From a virus, in IMG/VR virus record IMGVR_UViG_3300020182_000007: DNA of 64,000 nucleotides; one strand, written 5' to 3'. Each line of letters begins with the position of its first letter. The stretch's first letter is position 1. A model generated the notes under the pieces. It had not been told where the DNA came from, searched no databases, and saw only the letters and a program-made list of their open reading frames with translations. A program made the translations under genes and the position numbers. This document shows, one piece after another, positions 49,458 to 59,050 of this stretch.

Positions 49458-49593
49458 TGTATTTAAGATATATTTGTGGTTATAGTATATATCTTAAAAA
49501 ATCTCCACGCTTTCCAAAGAAAGTTCACCACAAACATATCTTAAATAGGAAAGACGTGAAGATTAGGATTTATATATCGAATTCTATATTTGT

Positions 49594-49875
49594 TTACTTA
49601 CCGAAATATTCCCAAAGAACGGCGTTGCATTTTGCATGTACTACACCTTCGGTCATATTAGTGTCGTGATCATGCTGTAGATGAATAGGATTCTTTAAGA
49701 AACCTGGTGGGAATAATCTATAATTGATCTTAGCTTCCATTATATCTTGTCTAGGTGATCCACTTAATGATTCACCACATGCCCAACATTTATTATCTTG
49801 TTCTTTAATATACAATTCTCTAACTAGCTTTTTCTGCTTAGCATTTAGTTTTGTATAATCGGTTGGTAAATTCAT
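49594..49875 (-). CDS. Endonuclease VII-like HNH protein
   Basis: CWACG, HLQHDH, VHAKCN. Confidence 0.8.
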   Translation of the reverse strand: MNLPTDYTKLNAKQKKLVRELYIKEQDNKCWACGESLSGSPRQDIMEAKINYRLFPPGFLKNPIHLQHDHDTNMTEGVVHAKCNAVLWEYFGK

Positions 49876-50369
49876 ACTTTGTATTCTTTTAATTGATCCT
49901 CAGTTGGTGCCCATATCATTTCTCCTTCATCAGCTAGACCACTTGCATATATAATTGTTTCTCCTTTAGGAATCTTATAGGCTCTTTCGACTGAATTATC
50001 AACATGTCAATTCAAATAGGCTCCCTTGTCTACTGTATATGAATTTAAACCAGGCAATTCCTTTTCTGAAGTTCTATATACTATTAAGTCCTCTTTCAAA
50101 GGGGACTTCTCTGCAATTTCTTTATAGAACTGAGTAAGGGTCGTCTTATTCCAAAGAGGAACTCCACTTCTAGAACCACCATCAACTAACCAATCAAGTA
50201 TCTCCTCCCATTCATCTCCATTTTCTGGAACACTATCGAGTTCTTCCATATCTAACATTACCTGTTCTCTAGATTGAGTCGCACCCTCTAATGGTAGATC
50301 ATGATACCCTAAATAAAGAGTGTCTCCCCATGCTTTAATAAATCCCCTGTCGCTACTTGAATATCTCAT
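49872..50369 (-). pseudogene. ADP-ribosyltransferase-like gene interrupted by an in-frame TGA (50007-50009)
   Basis: IVYR and NSYT before the stop; frame stays open 44 codons after it (HVDNSVERAYKIPKGETIIYASGLADEGEMIWAPTEDQLKEYKV) with an E-x-E motif and ends in an ATGA overlap with the next gene. Confidence 0.6.
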
Positions 50370-50370
50370 A

Positions 50371-50592
50371 TTAACAACCAATCTCCATTTGGTATTGAGC
50401 CTCATGGTGTTCATGCTCTGAATAGAGTCTAAGATTTAAATAATCTCCGTACTTAGAATAATCTCCAATATATGAAGTATCAATTCTAACCTCATCAGTG
50501 TGAGCGAAACAAAAGTCGTACTCCTCTTTTGTAAGGTACTCCTTCGTGTTCATAATGTTTTCTGCAATTTCTCTATTTAATTCGTGGTTCAT
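50371..50592 (-). CDS. Hypothetical early-type protein
   Basis: CATACACC-ATG leader and promoter repeat at about 50611-50678. Confidence 0.7.
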   Translation of the reverse strand: MNHELNREIAENIMNTKEYLTKEEYDFCFAHTDEVRIDTSYIGDYSKYGDYLNLRLYSEHEHHEAQYQMEIGC

Positions 50593-50708
50593 GGTGTATG
50601 TTTTAATTTGTTATAAGTAAATATAATCATTTTTTATGAATCGGAAAAACTTTTATTGAAGTATTTTACAGAAAGTTGTATTCTGTTTGCCACTTGGGAT
50701 TTTTATCA

Positions 50709-50924
50709 TCATATCTCTTTTTTTAATTGTTTAAGCGTTTTAATTACTTCTTTATACTCACATACCAAATCCATTTGTTTAGCCGTTAAAGCTACTCCTA
50801 AATCGCTGTGAGCTGTTAATTCTTTTGCTCCTTGCCGTTCTAATTCTTCTTTCACTATCATCCCTTCTGCAATGATAAGTGGAATATTTTGTTTTAGCAT
50901 TTCTTCAGTGTTAATTTTATTCAT
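50709..50924 (-). CDS. Hypothetical early-type protein
   Basis: Promoter repeat at 50941-51016 upstream. Confidence 0.65.
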   Translation of the reverse strand: MNKINTEEMLKQNIPLIIAEGMIVKEELERQGAKELTAHSDLGVALTAKQMDLVCEYKEVIKTLKQLKKEI

Positions 50925-50940
50925 GTTTGATTTGTTTTAG

Positions 50941-51016
50941 TTACAGTACTAATATAAACAAAAAAAGCCAAACAAAAAAATGTTTGGCCAATTATTTTCA
51001 AAAAAGTTATTAACAA
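50941..51016 (-). promoter_or_regulatory. Early-type promoter repeat copy
   Basis: TTGTTAATAACTTTTTTGAAAA...TTTATATTAGTACTGTAA on the minus strand. Confidence 0.7.
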
Positions 51017-51079
51017 TTTCACATAAAAAAACCTGAACTAGCGTCCAGGTTATAATATTAGTTAATTTTGATAGTTATT

Positions 51080-51376
51080 TTACAATTTTTGTAATTCTTT
51101 TTCTAGATTAAGCCTCCAGACCATATTATTTGGTACTACAAACTTACGTTTATGTCCATATACATAAAAAGTGGTCTTCCAAATACTTTGTCGAACAATT
51201 CTTGCTTTTTTATTACCATTAATATAGACTAAATCATCAATATTAAAGTCGCTTCCCCATAAAAATTGAATTCCTATAAATATATTAGCAACAGTATCTT
51301 TAAATGCAAAAGTAAGAATGGCTAGTATCGTTAGCCATCCCCATTCTCCTATATACGTTGATATAATTTCTTTCAT
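51080..51376 (-). CDS. Short MscS-like membrane protein
   Basis: FAFKDTVANIFIGI...FNIDDLVYING...IWKTT matches the MscS TM3/beta-domain pattern. Confidence 0.7.
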   Translation of the reverse strand: MKEIISTYIGEWGWLTILAILTFAFKDTVANIFIGIQFLWGSDFNIDDLVYINGNKKARIVRQSIWKTTFYVYGHKRKFVVPNNMVWRLNLEKELQKL

Positions 51377-51852
51377 TTTAATAGTCCTAATTTTTGTAAA
51401 TTGTCTATTACTGTTACCTGACTCTTCATTATTAAGCTCTTTGCTGACTTTAAATCTAAAAATCTAGCATCGTTAATTTCTTCTAACTGTAGTCTTGAAT
51501 TTGGTACTTTAAGTTCTTTAAGTCCTATTTCTGATAGATCATTAATTTTAACAATAAAATAATGTACTAGTTTTCTGCCCCACTGAGAGTTAACCTCAAA
51601 CTGATATGAATTAGAAGTAATCATTTTTTTTGATACATTTACTCCTACTTCCTCTTTAACTTCTCTAATCGCTGCTTCAATGTTAGTTTCTCCAGTCTCA
51701 ATTCCACCTTTTGGAATACCGTAACCTGTTTTAAAGTTTCTGCCTGTAGTATGTCCTAACAATACCTTTCCATCAAAGATAATTGCTAGACCAGCTGAAG
51801 TTTTTACTATACCTTCATTAGTAAACTGATCTAATGTCTTTAATTTTTTCAT
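51373..51852 (-). CDS. NUDIX hydrolase with CTS-like leader
   Basis: Nudix box GGIETGETNIEAAIREVKEEVG; leader MKKLKTLDQFTNE-G. Confidence 0.9.
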   Translation of the reverse strand: MKKLKTLDQFTNEGIVKTSAGLAIIFDGKVLLGHTTGRNFKTGYGIPKGGIETGETNIEAAIREVKEEVGVNVSKKMITSNSYQFEVNSQWGRKLVHYFIVKINDLSEIGLKELKVPNSRLQLEEINDARFLDLKSAKSLIMKSQVTVIDNLQKLGLLK

Positions 51853-52121
51853 GAATCTCTATTTTTTACTCTTCTAATTTCTTCTTGAATTTCGAATAGC
51901 CTCCATTCGAATTCATAAAGCTCATGTTTTGTAATTTTATTAGCCTTGAATGATTTTACAGCTTGCTTGTACTCTTTTTCTAATCTTTTTAAAGATTTAT
52001 TTAAGTCCGATACTGTTTTATCACTAGTACTAATATTTGCGGTTTGTCTTATTTCCCGAGTAAGAACTACTTCTAAATCAAACTCTGAAAATAATTCTAC
52101 GAATTGTTCAATTTTGCTCAT
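51849..52121 (-). CDS. Hypothetical coiled-coil protein
   Basis: 90 aa, helical; GATATATA upstream. Confidence 0.6.
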   Translation of the reverse strand: MSKIEQFVELFSEFDLEVVLTREIRQTANISTSDKTVSDLNKSLKRLEKEYKQAVKSFKANKITKHELYEFEWRLFEIQEEIRRVKNRDS

Positions 52122-52170
52122 GACGATTTTAGATATGTTGATGCTTTATATATCAAAATAATCTTTTTAG

Positions 52171-52560
52171 TTAATGTTTTTTATATTTGTCTTTTACTCT
52201 ATCACTGATGGGTATTGGTTCACCCTGCTCATCTATTCTAACAAATTTCATATTGGTTGATAATATTATTGCTTGCCTACCATCATATACATTATGGGAC
52301 CTAGCCTCAACCTTTAGCGTTAGCGATGAGTTACCTATGCTTTCTACCTCTCCGTATATTTTAAGAAGATGTCCTTCCTTTGCAGGTTTCTCAAAAGTGC
52401 ATTTGTCAATAGTGACAGTTACCATTCTCGGAGTATCGCATATTTGAGATGCAAATGCTGCACCTGCTGCGTCGGTCCAACTCAAAAGCTTGCCTCCAAA
52501 TAGATTTCCATGAAATCCTAAATCTGATTTTTTTACCGGATGCGTGCTTATTAATTCCAT
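52171..52560 (-). CDS. Acyl-CoA thioesterase (hotdog fold)
   Basis: DLGFHGNLFGGKLLSWTD, MVT, FVRIDEQGEP. Confidence 0.92.
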   Translation of the reverse strand: MELISTHPVKKSDLGFHGNLFGGKLLSWTDAAGAAFASQICDTPRMVTVTIDKCTFEKPAKEGHLLKIYGEVESIGNSSLTLKVEARSHNVYDGRQAIILSTNMKFVRIDEQGEPIPISDRVKDKYKKH

Positions 52561-52575
52561 TTATTATGTTTTAAA

Positions 52576-53169
52576 TTAATCATTTATTCTAAATGTTTCC
52601 CAATTATCTCCAGAAACATCAGTGTTTGGAAAGTAAAATTTAAGCTCTTCACCATTGCTCAGAATTGTTTTTGTAAATCCAATAGGTACTAGAGCTCCCG
52701 TACTTAACCAGTTTTCTGGAGTATCTTTAAAGTGAATTCTTATCTTGACATGCACAGTTCCATTAGATTCTGATAATTTTCTTTCAAATCTTTCAAGTTC
52801 TTTCCATGGTCCTCTATTTAATGACTGGTGTTGCAGGGCACAGTTTAAATAGCTAAATGTAGTTTTCATCATTTCTCTGCTACAGTTAAATGTACCGGCT
52901 GGAGCCATATGCCCTTTATCCCAAACATTATCTACGTAATCCTTATTGTCTGATGTATGATATTTTTTATCGATCCAAAAATTACCCTTTCTATCAACAG
53001 TTCCACTGTCGCATGTATCTACTTGATATCGAACCTCAATTGGTTGTTCTTTTGTTGCCGAGTATGTTACGGTATAGATTGGTGTTTCCACAACATAAAT
53101 TTTATCGTGTTGTGGGCTGTATATTATTAAACTAAATATTGAAAATATAACTGCAAATGTTAATTTCAT
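52576..53169 (-). CDS. Secreted DNA/RNA non-specific endonuclease (NucA-like)
   Basis: Signal-like N-terminus, WDKGHMAP, NCALQ, LNRGPWKELE. Confidence 0.9.
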   Translation of the reverse strand: MKLTFAVIFSIFSLIIYSPQHDKIYVVETPIYTVTYSATKEQPIEVRYQVDTCDSGTVDRKGNFWIDKKYHTSDNKDYVDNVWDKGHMAPAGTFNCSREMMKTTFSYLNCALQHQSLNRGPWKELERFERKLSESNGTVHVKIRIHFKDTPENWLSTGALVPIGFTKTILSNGEELKFYFPNTDVSGDNWETFRIND

Positions 53170-53309
53170 TTTTTTATATAAATTATGTTGTTGTCCTGTA
53201 TAATCGACAAAATGTCTGGATTTTGAATTGCTTTAATAATAGCATCCTGTGGGTCATCCAACCATAAAGAATCGACATGTGTTGTATATGTTATAATTAA
53301 TAGATGCAT

Positions 53310-54188
53310 TTACCTAATTGTTTCAATCCAGTTTTCTATTGGAAGCGTAGGTTTCCAATTAAGATCTTCATATATCTTAGAAATACAAGCAAGACTTCTT
53401 TTAGGTTCATCTATTTCTGGTAAATATTTTACTTCGCTACCAAAGGATTCAGCTATCTGATTAACACTAGTCTCTTCTCCACTGCCGACATTATATACAT
53501 TGTAAGTTCCTTTTGTATTCGTACTGGCTGAGACGATTGCTCTAACCACGTCTTCTACCCAAATAAAATCTCGAGTCTGTTTACCATCACCATTAATAGT
53601 TAGTGGTTCTCCAGCATCCCATAATTCTCTAAAGATAGGTATCACACTACGATATCCTCCATCCTTTCTCTGTCCTTCGCCGAAAACATTAAAGAATCTT
53701 AATGAAGTACCAGTAGTGTTACTATTTGCAATTGTTATGTCTCTGATAATCATTTCAGCTAGCCATTTAGACCTAGCGTATGGGCTCTCGCAGTTTTGTG
53801 CTCGCATTTCGCCAAATGGTAAATCATCAGATTCTCCGTAGATAGCAGCAGTGCTTGCTAATATAATTTTACTTGCACCAGATGCAATTGACCATCTTGC
53901 TATATTAATAGTACCATCAGCTATTTCTAGATAGTACTTTTCCGGGTTGTCATGACTTTCAGGTACTGATACTGGAGAGGCTAGGTGAAATAATACGTCA
54001 TGCTCTATTACAGGTAAATTATTTGAAGTAACACACGCTTCATGTACTTCACAATCAAGTCCCTCTAAATTGCTCCATTCTCCTGTACTAAAATTATCAA
54101 TTACTGAAACTACCCATCCCCTATTAACCAATTGTTCGACTAATCGGGATCCAATAAATCCAGCTCCTCCTGTTACTACCGCTCTCAT
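53310..54188 (-). CDS. NAD-dependent nucleotide-sugar epimerase/dehydratase
   Basis: VTGGAGFIGS, ASTAAIYG, YARSK, LRFFNVFG, GDGKQTRDF. Confidence 0.93.
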   Translation of the reverse strand: MRAVVTGGAGFIGSRLVEQLVNRGWVVSVIDNFSTGEWSNLEGLDCEVHEACVTSNNLPVIEHDVLFHLASPVSVPESHDNPEKYYLEIADGTINIARWSIASGASKIILASTAAIYGESDDLPFGEMRAQNCESPYARSKWLAEMIIRDITIANSNTTGTSLRFFNVFGEGQRKDGGYRSVIPIFRELWDAGEPLTINGDGKQTRDFIWVEDVVRAIVSASTNTKGTYNVYNVGSGEETSVNQIAESFGSEVKYLPEIDEPKRSLACISKIYEDLNWKPTLPIENWIETIR

Positions 54189-57064
54189 ATGTTTTTCTTT
54201 ATTATATCTATTACAAACTCAGGTTCAATCTCTTTAGTACATTCAAACTGTCTTTCAGTGCCTTTATGTGCTGGACACCAATTCCAGTCTCCCTTATTAA
54301 ATACGTCCCATGACCAGCAACTATTACAGGAGGTTTTATTAATAATCCTAATACAATTATCCGTAAATTCGCAAACTTCTGGGGTAAATCCACTAATTAA
54401 GAAAACTTTTGCACCAAGCGCCCAAGCAAACCAGCTCAGTCCACTACTAACTCCAACAAACGCGGTAGAAGCATGAATTAATTGTGCAACATTCTCAAGT
54501 TCTGATTCTGCCTGCTCAACCTTTAAGTCAGTTCCCTCCATACTACAATGGATCCAATGATATTCATCCATCCCTTCTACCAATTCTCTCCAACCCGTTG
54601 GATGATTCCAATATTTAGCACCTGCTGTACTTTTAGTAGCAAATGTAATTATGGGGTCCCTTCTACTTGGTAGTTGATCCCATTTCTGGAATTGTGGAGC
54701 CAATTTAGGTCTGACCTCCTTAAATGGTATACCAAGCCTGTCACTTGCTATTTGTGCTAAGTGTATTTTTCGCCAATCCACTCTGTGTTCTGCACGTCTC
54801 CAAGGTTCTTCAGGACTATAAAATACGCCAAGGTTAATTGTGTATATCTCATTAGGAAATTCATTAACAATCTGAATACCGCGACTGGCGTAGTACTCAG
54901 TGTCAAATAACCAACTCTTATGAGTTTTTACAAACACATTCTTCCAGCCCCAATGGGTTTTAAAATCCTCTAGTTGGCCCATCCATGCTAGTGTGTCTCC
55001 AAGGCTCGAACTGTCAAATTGAACACCAATGGTATTATCCATAGTTTCTAGTTGCCACTCCCATACCAATTTATCGTCCTGTAGTATTTCGACTCTCCAA
55101 GGGGTAAACCAATGTTGAGAGGGCTGATACCATCTGTCTGATTCAATTGAGGTTTCATAAACTATTCTGTCAGTAGTAGTGTCAATAAATCTGGCACGGA
55201 AGTTTCCAGGAGGGAGCTCTCCAGCGTGCAGTTTAAAATAACGCTTAAGTGATATTGATATTCTGGCATTGATACTATTATTTACTTCTGGTACTTTATG
55301 AGTTTCTGAGTATAGTTGAAGCATTTCTTTACGAAAGCGTTCAATGTCGTTGCTTGGTAATATAAAATCTCCTAAATTTTCTCCTTGTTCTATGAGCTCT
55401 CTGAATAATATAGCGGCATTTTCTTTTAGATCATTAGTAAATGGAGTAATGTAAGGAGTAAACATGTCCAAATATTGAGGAAGGTTTCTTGTAAATGTTG
55501 GTAAACGATGCGCAATTGCTTCACGTAAAGAGAGTGGATTGCATTCCAATGTAGAATTAAACATAAATGCATCCGATGTTTGGTAAAAAAGTTCAACGTC
55601 CTTTCTCTCTCCCCAAACAGTAACATTAGATGGTAGGTTTTCCATTAGAGGCCTCCAATAACTACCAAAGTTTCCTGCTTGATTTCCTACAAAATGAAAT
55701 TGAAATGTGTTAGGATAGAGTTCTTCTGCAATTCTTGCTATTTCTACTCCTTCGCCTTGATTTTTTCCTGGTGTCCAAAGGCCTACGTTTAAAATATTGA
55801 TCTTATCAGCAGGTATGCCAAGCTCTAATTTAATCTTAGCACGAACCATTGCTTCTTGTTGAAGATCTTCAATAGGGTATTCTACTACCTCTCCATTTGA
55901 AGTAGTGTCCTTGAAATTATTAATTGGATGATATGGTGTACAATACATATAAGAATTAGGATGCCATACCTTCTTGTCATTGTTCATCCATATATTATGA
56001 CAAGTTTCTATAATCTGATATGATCTATCCTTTCTGTATATTTTATTTAAAGTGTTGGTACTCATCTTATTACCACCGTCGAATGATTCAGGACACTCCT
56101 CGATATGTATGATATCTGGTTTAATTGAATCTATTAGATCAAGTATGCGAGATTCTCGTTGTTCTATACTTATTCCTGTGTTGAGTGATATTAGCCTGTC
56201 TCCTAGTAATTCTTCTAACTTATCTTTTTGAACTACAAAATGATCTGAGTAATTATTAAATTCAACAACATATACTTCAAGATCTGAACAATCGATAAGA
56301 GTCTCTACTCTTTTTAGTAAAAATTGCGGCATGCCTCCAGTAGATAGGTGTGGTGCAATATACATCAACCTTTTATTGGAATTATTAAAATTACGTTCTC
56401 TGTTTTCAATAGTGCTTATTCCGTCCCATTGTCCAGTTGGAGAATCAGAAAAAATGCCAATCTTCTTTTTATCCATAAAATTTTGATTAAGAAAGATGTC
56501 AGCACCGTCCCATTTAGAATTAACATAACAGTCTAGAAGATACTTACGAATCCTTTGAGGGAACATAATCATTTGAATACCAATGATCTTGTTAGTAATT
56601 TCTATATCACCATGTTTCTCTAGAGCAATACTCTGTAACACATTTCCTTCTAATGTATATTTACTACCTAGCGAGAAGTAGTCAATACAAAGCTCTTGGG
56701 TGGCTTCGTATGCTCTGTTTATTTTGTCTACTACTTGATCTGGAGATTCAGTTAACCTAACATCTCCTTCACATAATATTAAAGAATCTATGTCCTTTCC
56801 AAAATTATCAATAGCACCGTCGGCGAATGCTCTAAAACAACCGTAATGTGCCTTATTGATAGGTACCTGATCAAACATTTGCGGTCTTGCAAAGTTTTCT
56901 CTAGGAGGATTATCTTTCCACCTTTCATTCCAGACTTGAACATACTCTATTCCTCTTAATTCGAGTTCTTTGAGTTGTTCTATTGATTTTTCCTGTCTAT
57001 GGAGGTCTAAATCGTCTGATAGTAATAAATGTACTAATCTAATCTTGTACTTAGACTTGATCAT
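54185..57064 (-). CDS. Multi-domain glycosyltransferase: GT-A-like + GT4-like + Aah/TibC-type O-heptosyltransferase
   Basis: LCEGD; PHLSTGGMPQ...ECNPLSLREA; SSSLGDTLAW, GVSSGLSWFAWA, CNSCW, WCPAHKGTERQFECTK. Confidence 0.85.
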   Translation of the reverse strand: MIKSKYKIRLVHLLLSDDLDLHRQEKSIEQLKELELRGIEYVQVWNERWKDNPPRENFARPQMFDQVPINKAHYGCFRAFADGAIDNFGKDIDSLILCEGDVRLTESPDQVVDKINRAYEATQELCIDYFSLGSKYTLEGNVLQSIALEKHGDIEITNKIIGIQMIMFPQRIRKYLLDCYVNSKWDGADIFLNQNFMDKKKIGIFSDSPTGQWDGISTIENRERNFNNSNKRLMYIAPHLSTGGMPQFLLKRVETLIDCSDLEVYVVEFNNYSDHFVVQKDKLEELLGDRLISLNTGISIEQRESRILDLIDSIKPDIIHIEECPESFDGGNKMSTNTLNKIYRKDRSYQIIETCHNIWMNNDKKVWHPNSYMYCTPYHPINNFKDTTSNGEVVEYPIEDLQQEAMVRAKIKLELGIPADKINILNVGLWTPGKNQGEGVEIARIAEELYPNTFQFHFVGNQAGNFGSYWRPLMENLPSNVTVWGERKDVELFYQTSDAFMFNSTLECNPLSLREAIAHRLPTFTRNLPQYLDMFTPYITPFTNDLKENAAILFRELIEQGENLGDFILPSNDIERFRKEMLQLYSETHKVPEVNNSINARISISLKRYFKLHAGELPPGNFRARFIDTTTDRIVYETSIESDRWYQPSQHWFTPWRVEILQDDKLVWEWQLETMDNTIGVQFDSSSLGDTLAWMGQLEDFKTHWGWKNVFVKTHKSWLFDTEYYASRGIQIVNEFPNEIYTINLGVFYSPEEPWRRAEHRVDWRKIHLAQIASDRLGIPFKEVRPKLAPQFQKWDQLPSRRDPIITFATKSTAGAKYWNHPTGWRELVEGMDEYHWIHCSMEGTDLKVEQAESELENVAQLIHASTAFVGVSSGLSWFAWALGAKVFLISGFTPEVCEFTDNCIRIINKTSCNSCWSWDVFNKGDWNWCPAHKGTERQFECTKEIEPEFVIDIIKKNI

Positions 57065-57453
57065 TAGTATTCAGAATATGACTTCTCCTCAATTAGATTA
57101 GAATTAGTCAATTTATTGATTTCTCTTTTAACTTGAGATCTTTCGTCGTTAAAGTGATATACCGATCTTGCTAGTTCTATAAAATCTTCTCCAAAAGATT
57201 CAGACACCTCACATTTTCTAATTAGATCTTCAACATTCCACAGAGTAATGTTGATGTTATGTAAATCAGAGTATAATGATTTAAGATTTTCTGCATTGGA
57301 GCAGTTTGAATAGATTGTGTCAACTTTCGGGGTCAACACTGAAAATTCATTACGTACGTTTTTTAATTTTGTATCGTTTTTTATTTTTAACATTTTAATG
57401 TCTAAGATAGAATACTTATCTAAGATTTCACCAGCTGATACATTTATTTTCAT
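57064..57453 (-). CDS. DUF6165 family protein
   Basis: SAGEILDKYSIL, LWNVED, FIELARSVY, NDER, EEKSY. Confidence 0.82.
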   Translation of the reverse strand: MKINVSAGEILDKYSILDIKMLKIKNDTKLKNVRNEFSVLTPKVDTIYSNCSNAENLKSLYSDLHNINITLWNVEDLIRKCEVSESFGEDFIELARSVYHFNDERSQVKREINKLTNSNLIEEKSYSEY

Positions 57454-57458
57454 ATCTA

Positions 57459-57668
57459 TTATTTAGAGGTTTCATTATTTACATAATTACTCAAAAACTC
57501 TCCTGCGGATGCAACTAAAACAGCATCTCTAACTGTTAATGCTCCTGCTCCTTGTGCTGCATTTGCTGCACTTAGTAAAATATTTACTGAACCTGGTAAA
57601 TTCATACCCTTTATGTCATCGAAAGGAGATGTTACTTGTTTTTTGTCTTCTTGTACTACTTCATTCAT
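57459..57668 (-). CDS. Hypothetical protein
   Basis: 69-aa ORF in operon. Confidence 0.55.
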   Translation of the reverse strand: MNEVVQEDKKQVTSPFDDIKGMNLPGSVNILLSAANAAQGAGALTVRDAVLVASAGEFLSNYVNNETSK

Positions 57669-57716
57669 AATTTTATTATTTATATTTAATGATTATATAA
57701 ACATTTTAGTAAAAGT

Positions 57717-58646
57717 TTACAATTTAAAAGAATCTAATAGTGCGTTTAATTCTGGCTGAGGAAAAACATCGCTCTTGTCTTTTCTAACGTTTGTATGTGA
57801 CAGTATTCCAGTTATTCCACCGCTCCATGCCTTTTCATTAAATTCATATCTTTCTTCATAGTTCATTTTCGACATGCCATCATGAATACTAATGTCGTGC
57901 TTATCTTTTAAGTGATATATTAAAGCTTCTAGAGATTCTAATTGAGCTTTAGTATATTTGTGGTAGTATTTATGTCCTCTAAAAGGACGTGCTAATTCAC
58001 AAACTTGGGATGAATGAACTTCCTCATTGAACCATGTATAGAACCTATCTCCTCGTTTTGTTAAATATCCCGCTGCATTGATTTCAATTGACAATGAGTG
58101 CTTCGTCATATAACTCGAACCTGTAGGTCCTAGATGATATCCCCAGTATTTATCGTCGATTGCCTGAACTACCCTACCATTCATTTCAAGATCTTTAGTG
58201 CTTGCTTTATTAATATCAACATTAGTCGGTACTCCACCAATACAATAATTAGTTCCTATTCTACCTCTAGAGTCTTTAGCCCAGTTATCAATTGTCTTAA
58301 ATGGGTTATGTCTTCCTGCAGTATGGTGTATAAATATGTACTTTTTTGATGTTTCTTGTTTAATATATTCTCCTTCTGGTAAATGGTATCTTTCGATCCA
58401 TGTTGCCGATGTTAATTCGTCAGTATCAGCAAATGTTTCTTCTGGGTTATGATTTAAAGATTTCCAAGTTAAAGGACCAACAATACCGTCGGGTGACATG
58501 CTATTTGTTCGTTGATATTTAATTACTGCCTGTCTTGTTGCATTGCCAAATATGCCGTCGGCTGGTTTAACAAACAACAATTCTTGTAAAATCCTAACGT
58601 CATCTCCTTGATGTCCTGTCTTTAGTACTAATCTTTTATTTTCCAT
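57717..58646 (-). CDS. Endolysin: peptidoglycan-binding domain + N-acetylmuramoyl-L-alanine amidase
   Basis: DGIFGNAT / DGIVGPLTW PG-binding repeats; IHHTAG, SIEIN, LSHTNV, KSD. Confidence 0.92.
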   Translation of the reverse strand: MENKRLVLKTGHQGDDVRILQELLFVKPADGIFGNATRQAVIKYQRTNSMSPDGIVGPLTWKSLNHNPEETFADTDELTSATWIERYHLPEGEYIKQETSKKYIFIHHTAGRHNPFKTIDNWAKDSRGRIGTNYCIGGVPTNVDINKASTKDLEMNGRVVQAIDDKYWGYHLGPTGSSYMTKHSLSIEINAAGYLTKRGDRFYTWFNEEVHSSQVCELARPFRGHKYYHKYTKAQLESLEALIYHLKDKHDISIHDGMSKMNYEERYEFNEKAWSGGITGILSHTNVRKDKSDVFPQPELNALLDSFKL

Positions 58647-59050
58647 AAAGTATTTATTTGTTTTTCTATTAATGGCAATAAATCATAAACTTCGTTTTTA
58701 CTTGAAGTAGTATGTTTAAAATCAAGAACATCATTACCTGATGTTTTAGAAGTTAATATTGCTCTAATTATATAATGTGGGGTTTGTATGGCTTTTTTGG
58801 ATTTACATACACTATATTGTTCTCTAGCCTCTCCTATTAAAAAAGTTTTAGTAGTTATTGTAGCAGAAAGAGAATATTCAATATCGTCTAGTTCTAAGAA
58901 ATCTTGTCTCTCTATTACACTATTTGATATGTTATACATTCTGACAAAAACTGAAGGATGTGAATCCCCCAGCATTTTTAAAAAAGTATCTTTTTCTATT
59001 TTATTAGAGATGTATAATTCGCTAAGCTTTATCGGCAGAGTCTTTACCAT
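58628..59050 (-). CDS. Hypothetical protein
   Basis: 140-aa ORF overlapping neighbours. Confidence 0.55.
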   Translation of the reverse strand: MVKTLPIKLSELYISNKIEKDTFLKMLGDSHPSVFVRMYNISNSVIERQDFLELDDIEYSLSATITTKTFLIGEAREQYSVCKSKKAIQTPHYIIRAILTSKTSGNDVLDFKHTTSSKNEVYDLLPLIEKQINTLWKIKD

